This document shows positions 11,035-20,192 of a stretch of 64,000 bases of DNA, piece after piece. A program made the translations under genes and the position numbers. Within the stretch, counting starts at the first letter, position 1. Each line of letters begins with the position of its first letter. Origin of the DNA: Pseudomonadota bacterium (GTDB taxonomy: Bacteria; Desulfobacterota; Desulfobacteria; Desulfobacterales; RPRI01). The stretch is taken from contig JBDRRF010000049.1 in assembly GCA_043825875.1 (NCBI GenBank), forward strand, positions 27,904-91,903. The letters are read 5' to 3'. The notes under the pieces are model-generated. The model saw only the letters and a list, made by a program, of their open reading frames with translations, searched no databases and was not told the origin of the DNA.

Positions 11035-12069
11035 ATGAAATTTGGAATTACCGGACTTTCCGTTTCCGGAAAATCAACAATATTTGAGACTCTGACCCAA
11101 AATATTTTAGGTGAAAAACATAAAACAGAAAACTCTATGGGAACAATTGACGTGCCTGATACACGAGTTGATGTTTTATCAGAGATGTATAAACCGAAAA
11201 AAACAATTCATGCAAAAATAGAATATTTTCTTCCCGCTGTTCATAATCAAAAAAGTGATATAAAAAAAGATCAGAATATATGGACATCTGTAAGAGACTG
11301 TGATGCTCTCATACATGTTGTAAAGAATTTTACAGAGTACGGACAAGAGCCACCAATACCTTGCAAAGATTTTCTTCAGCTTGATCAGGATATTATTCTT
11401 GCAGACTATTTTACTATAGAAAAACGAATCGAGCGAATTGAAACCGATAAAAAAAGAGGGAAAAAAATCGATAAAGAAGAGATTGATCTACTGACTGACT
11501 GCCATAAAAATCTTGAAGATGGAATCCCTTTGAGAAGAATACCCGAAATAGCATCTGCTCAGGTACTAAAAGGGTTTGCTTTTATATCGGCAAAACCCAC
11601 GCTTGTTTTATTTAACAATAATGACGAAGACCCGGAATTTCCGGATTGTAAAGATATAATGGCAAAAGAAGATTGTATGGTTATAAGAGGAAAGCTGGAA
11701 CAGGAACTTTCGCACATGAGTGCAGAAGATGCGGGTGATTTTCTTTCCGAATACGATATTAAAGAAGTAGCAAGAGAAAGAGTAATAAAAAAATCATATG
11801 AACTTTTAGGACTCATCTCTTTTTTTACGGTTGGTGAAGATGAAGTGCGGGCATGGACTATTAAAAAAGGAACGAGCGCCCTTGATGCAGCCGAAGTGAT
11901 TCATTCAGATATTAAAAAAGGGTTTATCAGAGCCGAAGTTCTTGCATATGATGATCTGATGGATGCAAAAACATATAATGAGGCAAGGAAAAAAGGAACA
12001 GTAAGACTTGAAGGCAAAACTTATTTTGTAAACGATGGAGATATTATAAATTTTAGATTTAATGTCTGA
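11035..12069 (+). CDS. YchF-family (Obg-like, DUF933) P-loop NTPase
   Basis: GLSVSGKST P-loop; FFTVGEDEVRAWTI, IHSDIKKGFIRAEV and GDIINFRFNV C-terminus. Confidence 0.88.
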   Translation: MKFGITGLSVSGKSTIFETLTQNILGEKHKTENSMGTIDVPDTRVDVLSEMYKPKKTIHAKIEYFLPAVHNQKSDIKKDQNIWTSVRDCDALIHVVKNFTEYGQEPPIPCKDFLQLDQDIILADYFTIEKRIERIETDKKRGKKIDKEEIDLLTDCHKNLEDGIPLRRIPEIASAQVLKGFAFISAKPTLVLFNNNDEDPEFPDCKDIMAKEDCMVIRGKLEQELSHMSAEDAGDFLSEYDIKEVARERVIKKSYELLGLISFFTVGEDEVRAWTIKKGTSALDAAEVIHSDIKKGFIRAEVLAYDDLMDAKTYNEARKKGTVRLEGKTYFVNDGDIINFRFNV

Positions 12070-12085
12070 TGGTTTTCAATAAAAT

Positions 12086-12799
12086 CTATTTTACTGTATA
12101 GCCTGAGATTTTATCAACATCGTCTGTAATTTCATTCAGTATATTTTCGGTATTGGCTCTAAGTCGTTCCAGTTCATCTTCTGAAATATCTTTTGGAATC
12201 ATAATCGGTTCGCCAAATTTAATAATCATCCGGGAAAAAGGGTAAGGAATAATTGTTTTGTCCCATGCTTTATGAAAAGTAATAACCTTTGTGCCGGAGC
12301 AAGCCATAGGAATAAAATATGACCCGGTACTTTTTGCAAGAACAAGTAAGCCTTTTTTTAATACACGGGCTGGGCCTTTCGGCCCGTCAACAGCCGTGCC
12401 GCAAAATATTGTTTCTCCGCCGGCCTTCTTAACAAAAGTAATAATGGTACGCAGAGCATCCCTTCCGCCTTTTGAGGAAGAACCGCGTGCAGTTGCATAT
12501 CCTAACCGGTGTCCTACGCGGGAAATAAGTTCGCCGTCTTTGCTGCGGCTTACCATGATAATACCGTTTTTAATTTTCCGGAAGAAATAAAAAACAAAGA
12601 TTATATGTCTATGCCATGAACCTAAAATAATATTGCCTTTATTCTTATTATTTACAAAATATTCCTCGTAGATTTCCTTGTTTATAATTTTGACACGAAC
12701 CGTTCTAAACCATAATTGAACAAGCCATGAGGCAAGCAGGGAAAGAACAGAGAGCTTAAAACGTTCTGTTAATGTTAAGTCTTTTATGAATTCAGCCAT
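12086..12799 (-). CDS. Lysophospholipid acyltransferase-like protein (DUF374)
   Basis: SWH, VSRSKDGE, RGSSSKGG and VDGPKGP motifs. The start was moved to the ATG at 12799 (GGAGAG RBS) because the track start lies inside the MITE. Confidence 0.85.
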   Translation of the reverse strand: MAEFIKDLTLTERFKLSVLSLLASWLVQLWFRTVRVKIINKEIYEEYFVNNKNKGNIILGSWHRHIIFVFYFFRKIKNGIIMVSRSKDGELISRVGHRLGYATARGSSSKGGRDALRTIITFVKKAGGETIFCGTAVDGPKGPARVLKKGLLVLAKSTGSYFIPMACSGTKVITFHKAWDKTIIPYPFSRMIIKFGEPIMIPKDISEDELERLRANTENILNEITDDVDKISGYTVK

Positions 12800-12828
12800 T
12801 TCTCTCCATTTATCAGTACAATAACTTT

Positions 12829-12970
12829 GAGCCAGTTTCAAAACGCCCCATTTTGGCCGATCTCTGCGTTGGGCTCAAATTTCAATCCTCGAAATACTCA
12901 ATGTATTCCTGCGGTTGAAATTTTCGCCCGCCTTGAGCTTGACCAAACTGAAACGTTTTGAAAGTGGCTC
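12829..12970 (-). mobile_element. MITE copy 2 (142 bp)
   Basis: Same family in reverse orientation; TSD CTTT. Confidence 0.92.
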
Positions 12971-13052
12971 CTTTGAAATAGTTTTATTTCAAAAAATATC
13001 AATATAAAAACAGGGATGTGTTATAATAAAACTGCAAAACACATTACGGAAA

Positions 13053-13075
13053 GAGCCACTTTCAAAACGTTTCAG
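13053..13075 (+). repeat. Isolated MITE terminus (23 bp)
   Basis: GAGCCACTTTCAAAACGTTTCAG is identical to the MITE end; the element body is absent. Confidence 0.8.
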
Positions 13076-13094
13076 ATCAGAAAGACATAGTATT

Positions 13095-15812
13095 ATGCCC
13101 CGTTATCGTAAAACACTATATATCATACTCTGCTTGTTAATATTTTTTACAGGTTATATCTCAATAACTTATTTCTATAAATTTATCTTAAACTATGTCG
13201 AGTCAAAATTACTTCCCGAAACGGCAAAAGAAATCGGAATTGATAACCTGCGTTTTAAAATTCAAAAGGCAGGCTTATTTGGGGCCGATATAGCCTATAT
13301 ATCTACAGGACGGGATAACATAGACTCACCATCAATTGATTCGCTTCATATTGAATATGATCCCATAGGGCTTTATAAAAAATATATCAAAAAAGTTGTC
13401 ATAAATGGAGTCCGTATTGAATGCGAATTTAACAATGGAAAATTTAATATCCGCGGATTCGATTGGCAAAATTTTATACGAGCACTTCAATCAAAAAAAA
13501 GTACTCCATCAGAAAATATCAAATCCTTTCCTGTAGAAAGTATTGAATTACGCAATTCAACTATTTCCGCGCATTTAAAAAACCAAAACATAGATATTCC
13601 GATTGACTTAAAAATTGTTCCTCATAATATAAATAAAAGCTTGATCGATTGTCTTCTTAATCTATATCCACGTGATACACATATTAAGATAGCATCTAAG
13701 ATCAATCTGGATACAAATCAAGCAGAAATCTTTTTTGGCACAAAGCAAATTTCTTTCGAGCGCTTTTCCGATTTCTCAAGTTTTATTCCTGATACAACTA
13801 TTTCAGGTTCTGCCGATATCGATGGAAAGATGCAAATAAAATTATCTCCATTTAAGATATCTTCCATGTCATGTTCCACATCTGCTTACAACCTTTCTGC
13901 ATCTTACAATAACATTAATCTGATAAATTCTATAGATGAAATAAGCGGTAAAAAGATGCCCGTTATTTTTGATATCAGAAACAGTGGAGATAATAAATGG
14001 ATTTTTTCCGCAACCACTTTTTTAGTTAATTCGCCTTTTACGATGAATATATCAGGTATAAAATGTAATATTGTTAAAAGTGAGGATATGGTTAATGCCA
14101 GTGGCAATTTTTATGCACTTGCCGGAGGGAAAACTCCTGTCCGAATTAAATCGGATTACTACCTGAGTTTATCAAATAAAGGAAAATGGAATTTTAAGAT
14201 ATCCGGTGCTTCCATAAAAGGCCGGAATGCTTCTCAAATACCCATAAATATTAAAGGCCTTGATATTTTATCAAATAATTTAAATTTTGTTGTATCAGGA
14301 AAAGGAAACGATAAAAAAAGTTATTTAAAATATTTAGCGTCAATTTCAGGACTTGGCGCATCTAATAAAAGACTTTCTTTAAAAACACCCAAGATATCTC
14401 TTAGCGGAAATGCAGATATAGTTAAATCTAATGTAAGAGGGTCTCTTAATATAAATTCCGACAATACCATAATAACAACTGATTCGTTAAAAACCACCAT
14501 TCCTGCGTTTTCAATATCCGGAAATTTTAAAAAGGATTTGAAAACGGATTTGCAGTGTAACGGGAAAATACAATTCAATGATGTAAATATCACAGATCAG
14601 AAACTACAAGTAAATATATCCGGTATCGGCGGAATATTGCCTTTTAAATGGCCTTTTGTGGATACAAAATCCGAGGGCACCGTTTTTGCAAAAACAATTT
14701 TGTGGAAAAATATAGATCTTGGCTCGTTTTCAGGATCAGTAAGACAAAATAATTCAGGCTTAATCTATAAAGGCCGGTATACGAACATTCCGTTTAAAGG
14801 AATGAATCTTGATTTTTCAGGGTATACTGATTTGCTTTCCCCAAATAGTTATGAAACCGAAATCAGCATTAACATGCATAAATATAAACTGTCTTCAGGA
14901 AGTGATATAAACAGATTATTCCCACAGGCAAAAGGTTTGTCTTTCGGAGGTGAAGCGCAATTAAACGGCAAACTAAGGTTTAAAGAAAACAAGTTTACAG
15001 GATTTATTAAAGCAAATATTGAAGAAGGATTGTTTAACTACAAAGACAAGGGAATTCTTATTGAAGGAATTAAAATTAATCTTAATTTGCCGAATCTGCC
15101 TTCTGTATCAAGTGCTCCTAAACAACAGCTTGCTTTCGGCAAGGCATCAATAGGATCGATTCAATTATCAGATGGCAAACTTGATTTTCAAATTGAATCG
15201 GCCGAATCCTTTTTTATTGAAAAATGCCGTTTTAAATGGTGTGATGGGTCTGTAAACACTAATTCTTTAAGAATTTCGTCTCTGAATAAAGATTTGAGCC
15301 TTATATTATTTTGTGACCGGATTAATCTTGCAAAGTTGATTGAACAATTTGGTGTTGCCAAAGCAGAAGGAATAGGAGCTGTAAACGGCACCATACCTAT
15401 TGAATACAGCGATGGCAAATTGATTTTTGCAGATGGGTTTCTTTATTCTACCCCCGGAGATGGCGGCATTATTCATCTTGCCGAAGCTAAGATTCTTGCT
15501 CAAAACCTGATTCCAGGTACCAATCAATTTGCACAAATAGAGCTTACGATAGAAGCGCTCAAAAATTATAAATACGATTGGGCTAAACTGAAATTTTCAA
15601 GTGCAGAAGAGAATCTTTTGTTAAACTTGCAGTTTGACGGAAAGCCGGTTAACACTTTGCCGTTTATTTATGATAAAAAAACAGGTGGTTTTGTGCGAGT
15701 TAAATCAGCAGAGGAAGGCTCAAATTTCCAGGGAATACGTCTTGATATAAACCTTACTATTCCTCTTGACAAAGTTTTATATTACAAGGATGCTATAAAT
15801 AAAAACCGATAA
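13095..15812 (+). CDS. ydbH: YdbH-family AsmA-like intermembrane bridge protein
   Basis: N-terminal TM, long beta-rich body and C-terminal G.G.VNGTIPI / ALKNYKY; upstream of ynbE- and ydbL-like genes. Confidence 0.78.
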   Translation: MPRYRKTLYIILCLLIFFTGYISITYFYKFILNYVESKLLPETAKEIGIDNLRFKIQKAGLFGADIAYISTGRDNIDSPSIDSLHIEYDPIGLYKKYIKKVVINGVRIECEFNNGKFNIRGFDWQNFIRALQSKKSTPSENIKSFPVESIELRNSTISAHLKNQNIDIPIDLKIVPHNINKSLIDCLLNLYPRDTHIKIASKINLDTNQAEIFFGTKQISFERFSDFSSFIPDTTISGSADIDGKMQIKLSPFKISSMSCSTSAYNLSASYNNINLINSIDEISGKKMPVIFDIRNSGDNKWIFSATTFLVNSPFTMNISGIKCNIVKSEDMVNASGNFYALAGGKTPVRIKSDYYLSLSNKGKWNFKISGASIKGRNASQIPINIKGLDILSNNLNFVVSGKGNDKKSYLKYLASISGLGASNKRLSLKTPKISLSGNADIVKSNVRGSLNINSDNTIITTDSLKTTIPAFSISGNFKKDLKTDLQCNGKIQFNDVNITDQKLQVNISGIGGILPFKWPFVDTKSEGTVFAKTILWKNIDLGSFSGSVRQNNSGLIYKGRYTNIPFKGMNLDFSGYTDLLSPNSYETEISINMHKYKLSSGSDINRLFPQAKGLSFGGEAQLNGKLRFKENKFTGFIKANIEEGLFNYKDKGILIEGIKINLNLPNLPSVSSAPKQQLAFGKASIGSIQLSDGKLDFQIESAESFFIEKCRFKWCDGSVNTNSLRISSLNKDLSLILFCDRINLAKLIEQFGVAKAEGIGAVNGTIPIEYSDGKLIFADGFLYSTPGDGGIIHLAEAKILAQNLIPGTNQFAQIELTIEALKNYKYDWAKLKFSSAEENLLLNLQFDGKPVNTLPFIYDKKTGGFVRVKSAEEGSNFQGIRLDINLTIPLDKVLYYKDAINKNR

Positions 15813-15902
15813 ATCCCGTTAAAGAAATACATAATATTTCTTAACTTCTGACAACTCCATTAATATAGACCATTCAAAAAATAACAATTAACCTGTAAGG
15901 AT

Positions 15903-16094
15903 GTGCTTATGATAAAAAAAATCATGATTCTTTTTGGCGTATTATCTGTTTTTTTAATTCCGGCATGTTACACTCATCATGAAGTAGCTCTGGCGCCTGT
16001 TGAAATTAAACCTATACACATTGTAATTGATGTTAACATAAAAGTTGACAGAGCGCTTGATGACTTTTTCGGAGATATTGATAAAGCTAAATAA
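15903..16094 (+). CDS. ynbE: YnbE-family lipoprotein
   Basis: Lipobox-like IPAC and KPIHIVIDVNIKVDRALDDFF. Confidence 0.82.
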   Translation: MLMIKKIMILFGVLSVFLIPACYTHHEVALAPVEIKPIHIVIDVNIKVDRALDDFFGDIDKAK

Positions 16095-16131
16095 TAAATC
16101 AATTATGTATCATATGAAGGAGATAAAACAA

Positions 16132-16518
16132 ATGACAACCAATAAAAGTATAGGAATAACTGTTTTTGCTATGGTGATGATTTTTACCTGCTGTGTTTCG
16201 TTTGCTCTTGACGCAAAAGAAATAAAAGCGAGAATGCTCGAAAGGGTTCCCATTATCCAGACTTTAAAATCAAATGGAACAATTGGTGAAAATAATCTTG
16301 GATATCTTGAAATAATGCCGGAAAGCAAAGCAGGCGATAATGATAAGATTATTGCAAATGATGAAAACAGCGACAGAAAAGCTGTTTATACAGCTATAGC
16401 AAAACAACAGGGAACAGATGTTTCCCTTGTCGGTAAACGCCGGGCATTGCAAATCATCGAAAACGCAGAACCGGGTGAATGGCTGCAAGATGCAGCAGGA
16501 AAATGGTTTAAGAAGTAA
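16132..16518 (+). CDS. ydbL: YdbL-family (DUF1318) periplasmic protein
   Basis: Signal peptide; GTIGENNLGYL, ENSDRKAVYTAIA and GEWLQDAAGKW. The start at 16132 follows AAGGAG. Confidence 0.85.
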   Translation: MTTNKSIGITVFAMVMIFTCCVSFALDAKEIKARMLERVPIIQTLKSNGTIGENNLGYLEIMPESKAGDNDKIIANDENSDRKAVYTAIAKQQGTDVSLVGKRRALQIIENAEPGEWLQDAAGKWFKK

Positions 16519-16547
16519 TGGTAAAAAAAGATAAATGGAGAATAAAC

Positions 16548-17054
16548 ATGAGTTATAAGAATATTTACCCTAAGTATTTTTTGATGATAGCATTAATGAT
16601 TTTAACCATAACCTTCTTTCCTAAGGCAGCACATTCAGGGCATACGGATATACTTCTTCTAAGCTGTATGGATTATCGCCTTATAAATGAAACTGAAAGT
16701 TATATGACCAATCGCGGATTACGTGATAAATATGACCACGTCATTTTAGCCGGGGCCTCTTTAGGCGCAACAACGGACAAATATCCTGCCTGGAATCAGA
16801 CATTTTGGGATCATCTGGATGTGGCGATTAAACTTCATAGTATAAAAAAAGTTGTAGTCCTGGATCATAGGGACTGTGGGGCATATAAGGTAATCTTAGG
16901 TGAAGATTTTTCAAAAGATCCTAAAAAAGAAAAATCAGTTCACATAGATAAGCTATCAGCTTTGGCAAAACAGATAAAAGCAAAATATCCAAACCTTGAA
17001 ATTGAACTACTTCTAATGGATCTGTCCGGTAATGTCGAAACAGTTTCTGATTAG
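16548..17054 (+). CDS. Secreted beta-class-like carbonic anhydrase
   Basis: Signal peptide and zinc ligand motifs SCMDYR and HRDCGA. Confidence 0.8.
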   Translation: MSYKNIYPKYFLMIALMILTITFFPKAAHSGHTDILLLSCMDYRLINETESYMTNRGLRDKYDHVILAGASLGATTDKYPAWNQTFWDHLDVAIKLHSIKKVVVLDHRDCGAYKVILGEDFSKDPKKEKSVHIDKLSALAKQIKAKYPNLEIELLLMDLSGNVETVSD

Positions 17055-17117
17055 GATAACTTGTATGAAATAATGCTCATTTAATTCAAAGCATAAACAG
17101 GCTTTTTTAAAACGCCG

Positions 17118-18134
17118 TCAGCTTTTTCGAATTTCTTCTTTAAGAAGACAGCAGGCTATTTTGTATTCAGAACTTCCGTTTTCTTTATAGCTTAAATTGC
17201 CTGGTTGTATAAGTTTATTCATTACACAGCCTTCGGGAATAGACAGATTAAAAAGGTCTGTTTCATTTATTTTGGCAGTTTTAACCAGCTCATTACCGTT
17301 AAATTCCATACCATGGACAGGATAATCCTCGCACAAAGGACATCTGTATACTCTTCCGTTTGGAAAAATAAAATAATTTTCAGCCACAAGTCCGGCACAC
17401 TCAAATTTATCATCGGGCCCTAAAAACACTTTGGGATAAGTTACAGTGATGCCTTTTTGCGCAATCTTGTCAGCGATTTTCGGGATAATATCAAGCCACT
17501 TTTCCCGTGAAACTTGAGGATTATCTATTCCTACTAAAGATTCATCCTTTGCTGTCTTACCCCTTATTCCAATAACCTGGATAAAAAACCTTCCTATTTT
17601 AAGATCAGACAACAACGGTTCCATTTTTGCGAGTTCATCTATATTGGCACTGCTTACAGTATATATCAGGCTTGTATTAAATCCTTTTGATACCGATGAC
17701 TTTATTCCCGAAATACATCTGTCATAAGAACCCTTTCCTCTTATCTTGTCATTTGTCGTACTTGTTGCACCATCAAGGCTGAAGCTGATATAGTCAATAT
17801 CTTTGGGCTCTATTTTTGACAAAAACTCATTAAATAGATAGCCGTTTGTATCAACAGTTACAGATTTATATCCGATTTTTTTTGCGTACTTTACAGCTTG
17901 GGATAAGTCGGGGTGCAGGGTGGGCTCACCGCCTAAAAAAACAACGTTTGCTATTTTGCTTTTTACAGCAAATGCATCAAGCCAGGCTTTTATTGTGTCT
18001 ATAGAAAGTGTGATATTTCCGTGCTGTTTTTTATTGATATAACAGTGCAGGCAGTTAAGGTTACAATTTGTAAGAATATGAAAAAAAATATTGGTAGAAT
18101 TTTTTGAAAATGAAACAGTTTTTTTTTCTTTCAT
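17118..18134 (-). CDS. Radical SAM protein with Cys-rich C-terminal (SPASM/twitch-like) region
   Basis: CNLNCLHC, GGEPTLH and DTNG; C-terminal C..CPLC..C..CC. Confidence 0.88.
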   Translation of the reverse strand: MKEKKTVSFSKNSTNIFFHILTNCNLNCLHCYINKKQHGNITLSIDTIKAWLDAFAVKSKIANVVFLGGEPTLHPDLSQAVKYAKKIGYKSVTVDTNGYLFNEFLSKIEPKDIDYISFSLDGATSTTNDKIRGKGSYDRCISGIKSSVSKGFNTSLIYTVSSANIDELAKMEPLLSDLKIGRFFIQVIGIRGKTAKDESLVGIDNPQVSREKWLDIIPKIADKIAQKGITVTYPKVFLGPDDKFECAGLVAENYFIFPNGRVYRCPLCEDYPVHGMEFNGNELVKTAKINETDLFNLSIPEGCVMNKLIQPGNLSYKENGSSEYKIACCLLKEEIRKS

Positions 18135-18640
18135 TGAGCTTTTCTTTTAAGGCTTTCTGTCTCCTTTTTGGCTTTTATAAGCTCTTCGTTTGTCAGGCGT
18201 AGCCTAATGGACATATATTCCGCAAAAATTCTGTATAACAACAAAAGAAAATCAAGCTGTTCATCTCTATCGCCGTCTTTTAGTTTCTTTTGCGCCGATG
18301 TATCAACCGCCAGGCATACAGTTTTACCAAGAGCGTAGACAGAAGCCGAACGGCTAAGAGTGTCGATAATTCTCATCTCTCCGAAAATTTCGCCTTTTTT
18401 ATCAATTACTACAATATCAAAATTTTCTTTCGCTACTCTTACGCTTCCGCTGAGAAGGAAATAAAGCCAAGTGTCTTTTTCCCCTTCCATAATTATCAAC
18501 TCACCATCTTCATACTCCCTGATCTTACTAAGGCGTAAAAGCTTTGCAAGGCTTTGTATTTCAAAATGCTTTAGCGTTGGAATGTTCATCAGCTTTTGAA
18601 TATTCTGCATATTATCCTGAAGATACTTCGACTCAATCAT
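18131..18640 (-). CDS. Cyclic nucleotide-binding domain protein
   Basis: LYFLLSGSVRV, GEIFGEM and RSASVYA; 4 nt overlap with the radical SAM gene. Confidence 0.88.
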   Translation of the reverse strand: MIESKYLQDNMQNIQKLMNIPTLKHFEIQSLAKLLRLSKIREYEDGELIIMEGEKDTWLYFLLSGSVRVAKENFDIVVIDKKGEIFGEMRIIDTLSRSASVYALGKTVCLAVDTSAQKKLKDGDRDEQLDFLLLLYRIFAEYMSIRLRLTNEELIKAKKETESLKRKAQ

Positions 18641-18722
18641 AACGCCTCCTGCATAAGAAGATCATATAATATATATATAGAATTTGTTTACATATAACAT
18701 TTGGCTAATAACATGCAATAAT

Positions 18723-20180
18723 TTATTTTTCAAGACAGTCTTTTGATAAATATTCATCGAATTCAACCGGATAACAACCGTCAAAACAAGCTTTGCAAAA
18801 ACTGTTTTCAGGGTTTTTAATTCCTGTTGATTGCAAAAGTCCGTCTATGCTCAAATAGTAAAGAGAATCAAGCCCAAGAATATCTTTAAGCTCAGAAACT
18901 GAATTGGTGGCGGCTATAAGTTCTCCACTTGTAGAAAAGTCTATACCATAATGACATGGAAATCGATGCGGTGGACCGCTTACACGCATATGCACCTTAT
19001 TTACTCCAAGTGCGCGAAGTGATTTTACTCTGGTTTTAACGGTAGTTCCTCTTATTATTGAATCTTCTATAATTACTATATCTTTGCCTTTAAGAATCTC
19101 TTTTACAGGATTTAGTTTTACTCTTACTCCAAAATCACGCATACTTTGTGTGGGCTGTATAAAAGTTCTTCCGATATAATGGTTTCGTATCATTCCCATC
19201 TCAAACGGAATTCCCGATTCTTCCGAAAACCCTAAAGCAGCATAAGTTCCTGAATCCGGAAAAGGCATAACCAAATCGGCATTGGTAGGATACTCTTTGG
19301 CAAGACGGCGTCCATGGGCCTTTCTTATCTGATAAACATTTTTACCGAATATAGTGCTGTCGGGCCTTGCAAAATATATAAATTCAAATATGCAAAGAGA
19401 CTTGTTCCTGCAATCTGTAGTTTTAATGCTTTTAAGCCCGTCCTTATTTATTATGACGATTTCGCCGGGTTCAAGTTCTCTTACAAACTCAGCTTCAATA
19501 AGGTCAAGCGCACAAGATTCAGATGAAAGAACATAGCTACCATTAACTTTACCTAAACACAAAGGACGAAAGCCATTTGGGTCTTTTATTCCTATTACAT
19601 CACCCTCATTTGTAAGTGCTATAAATGAAAATGCGCCTTTTAATTTTGAAACCGTTTCAACAAGAGCCTTCTCAAGTCCTAATTTGAGATTTTTTACAAG
19701 AAGATGGAGAAAAATCTCACTGTCTATTGTGGTTTGAAAAATAGAACCGTTTTCTTCAAGCTCATTTTTCAAAGCTAACGCATTGACAAGGTTGCCATTA
19801 TGGGCAACAGCAAAAGACTTTTTCTTATGAAAAACAACAAATGGCTGGGCATTTGAAAGGATGGAACTTCCTGTAGTAGAGTATCTTACATGGCCTATGG
19901 AATTAAATCCTTTAAGATGTTCAAAATGGTGAATATCAAACACTTCAGGCACTAGCCCCATACCCTTGTGGTCAAATATTTTATTGTCTCTTGCAACAGC
20001 AATGCCGGCGCTTTCCTGGCCTCTGTGCTGAAGAGCATACAAACCGAAATATGTAAGTTTTGATGCTTCCGGATGACCATAAATTCCAAATATTCCGCAC
20101 GCCTCACGAGGTTTGTCATCAAAACGAGAGTCATCTTCCATAGTATTTGAATCCGGGTTATTTGTCACTTGATTTAACAT
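18723..20180 (-). CDS. purF: Amidophosphoribosyltransferase
   Basis: EACGIFG, LQHRGQESAG, GHVRYST, HNGN and EDSIIRGTT. Confidence 0.97.
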   Translation of the reverse strand: MLNQVTNNPDSNTMEDDSRFDDKPREACGIFGIYGHPEASKLTYFGLYALQHRGQESAGIAVARDNKIFDHKGMGLVPEVFDIHHFEHLKGFNSIGHVRYSTTGSSILSNAQPFVVFHKKKSFAVAHNGNLVNALALKNELEENGSIFQTTIDSEIFLHLLVKNLKLGLEKALVETVSKLKGAFSFIALTNEGDVIGIKDPNGFRPLCLGKVNGSYVLSSESCALDLIEAEFVRELEPGEIVIINKDGLKSIKTTDCRNKSLCIFEFIYFARPDSTIFGKNVYQIRKAHGRRLAKEYPTNADLVMPFPDSGTYAALGFSEESGIPFEMGMIRNHYIGRTFIQPTQSMRDFGVRVKLNPVKEILKGKDIVIIEDSIIRGTTVKTRVKSLRALGVNKVHMRVSGPPHRFPCHYGIDFSTSGELIAATNSVSELKDILGLDSLYYLSIDGLLQSTGIKNPENSFCKACFDGCYPVEFDEYLSKDCLEK

Positions 20181-20192
20181 TCCTTGTAAATT

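Noticed and set aside
12811..12845. Hybrid promoters from the outward TTGAAA in the MITE TIR
   Set aside because: At the junctions inspected, no convincing -10 hexamer lies 16-18 nt away.
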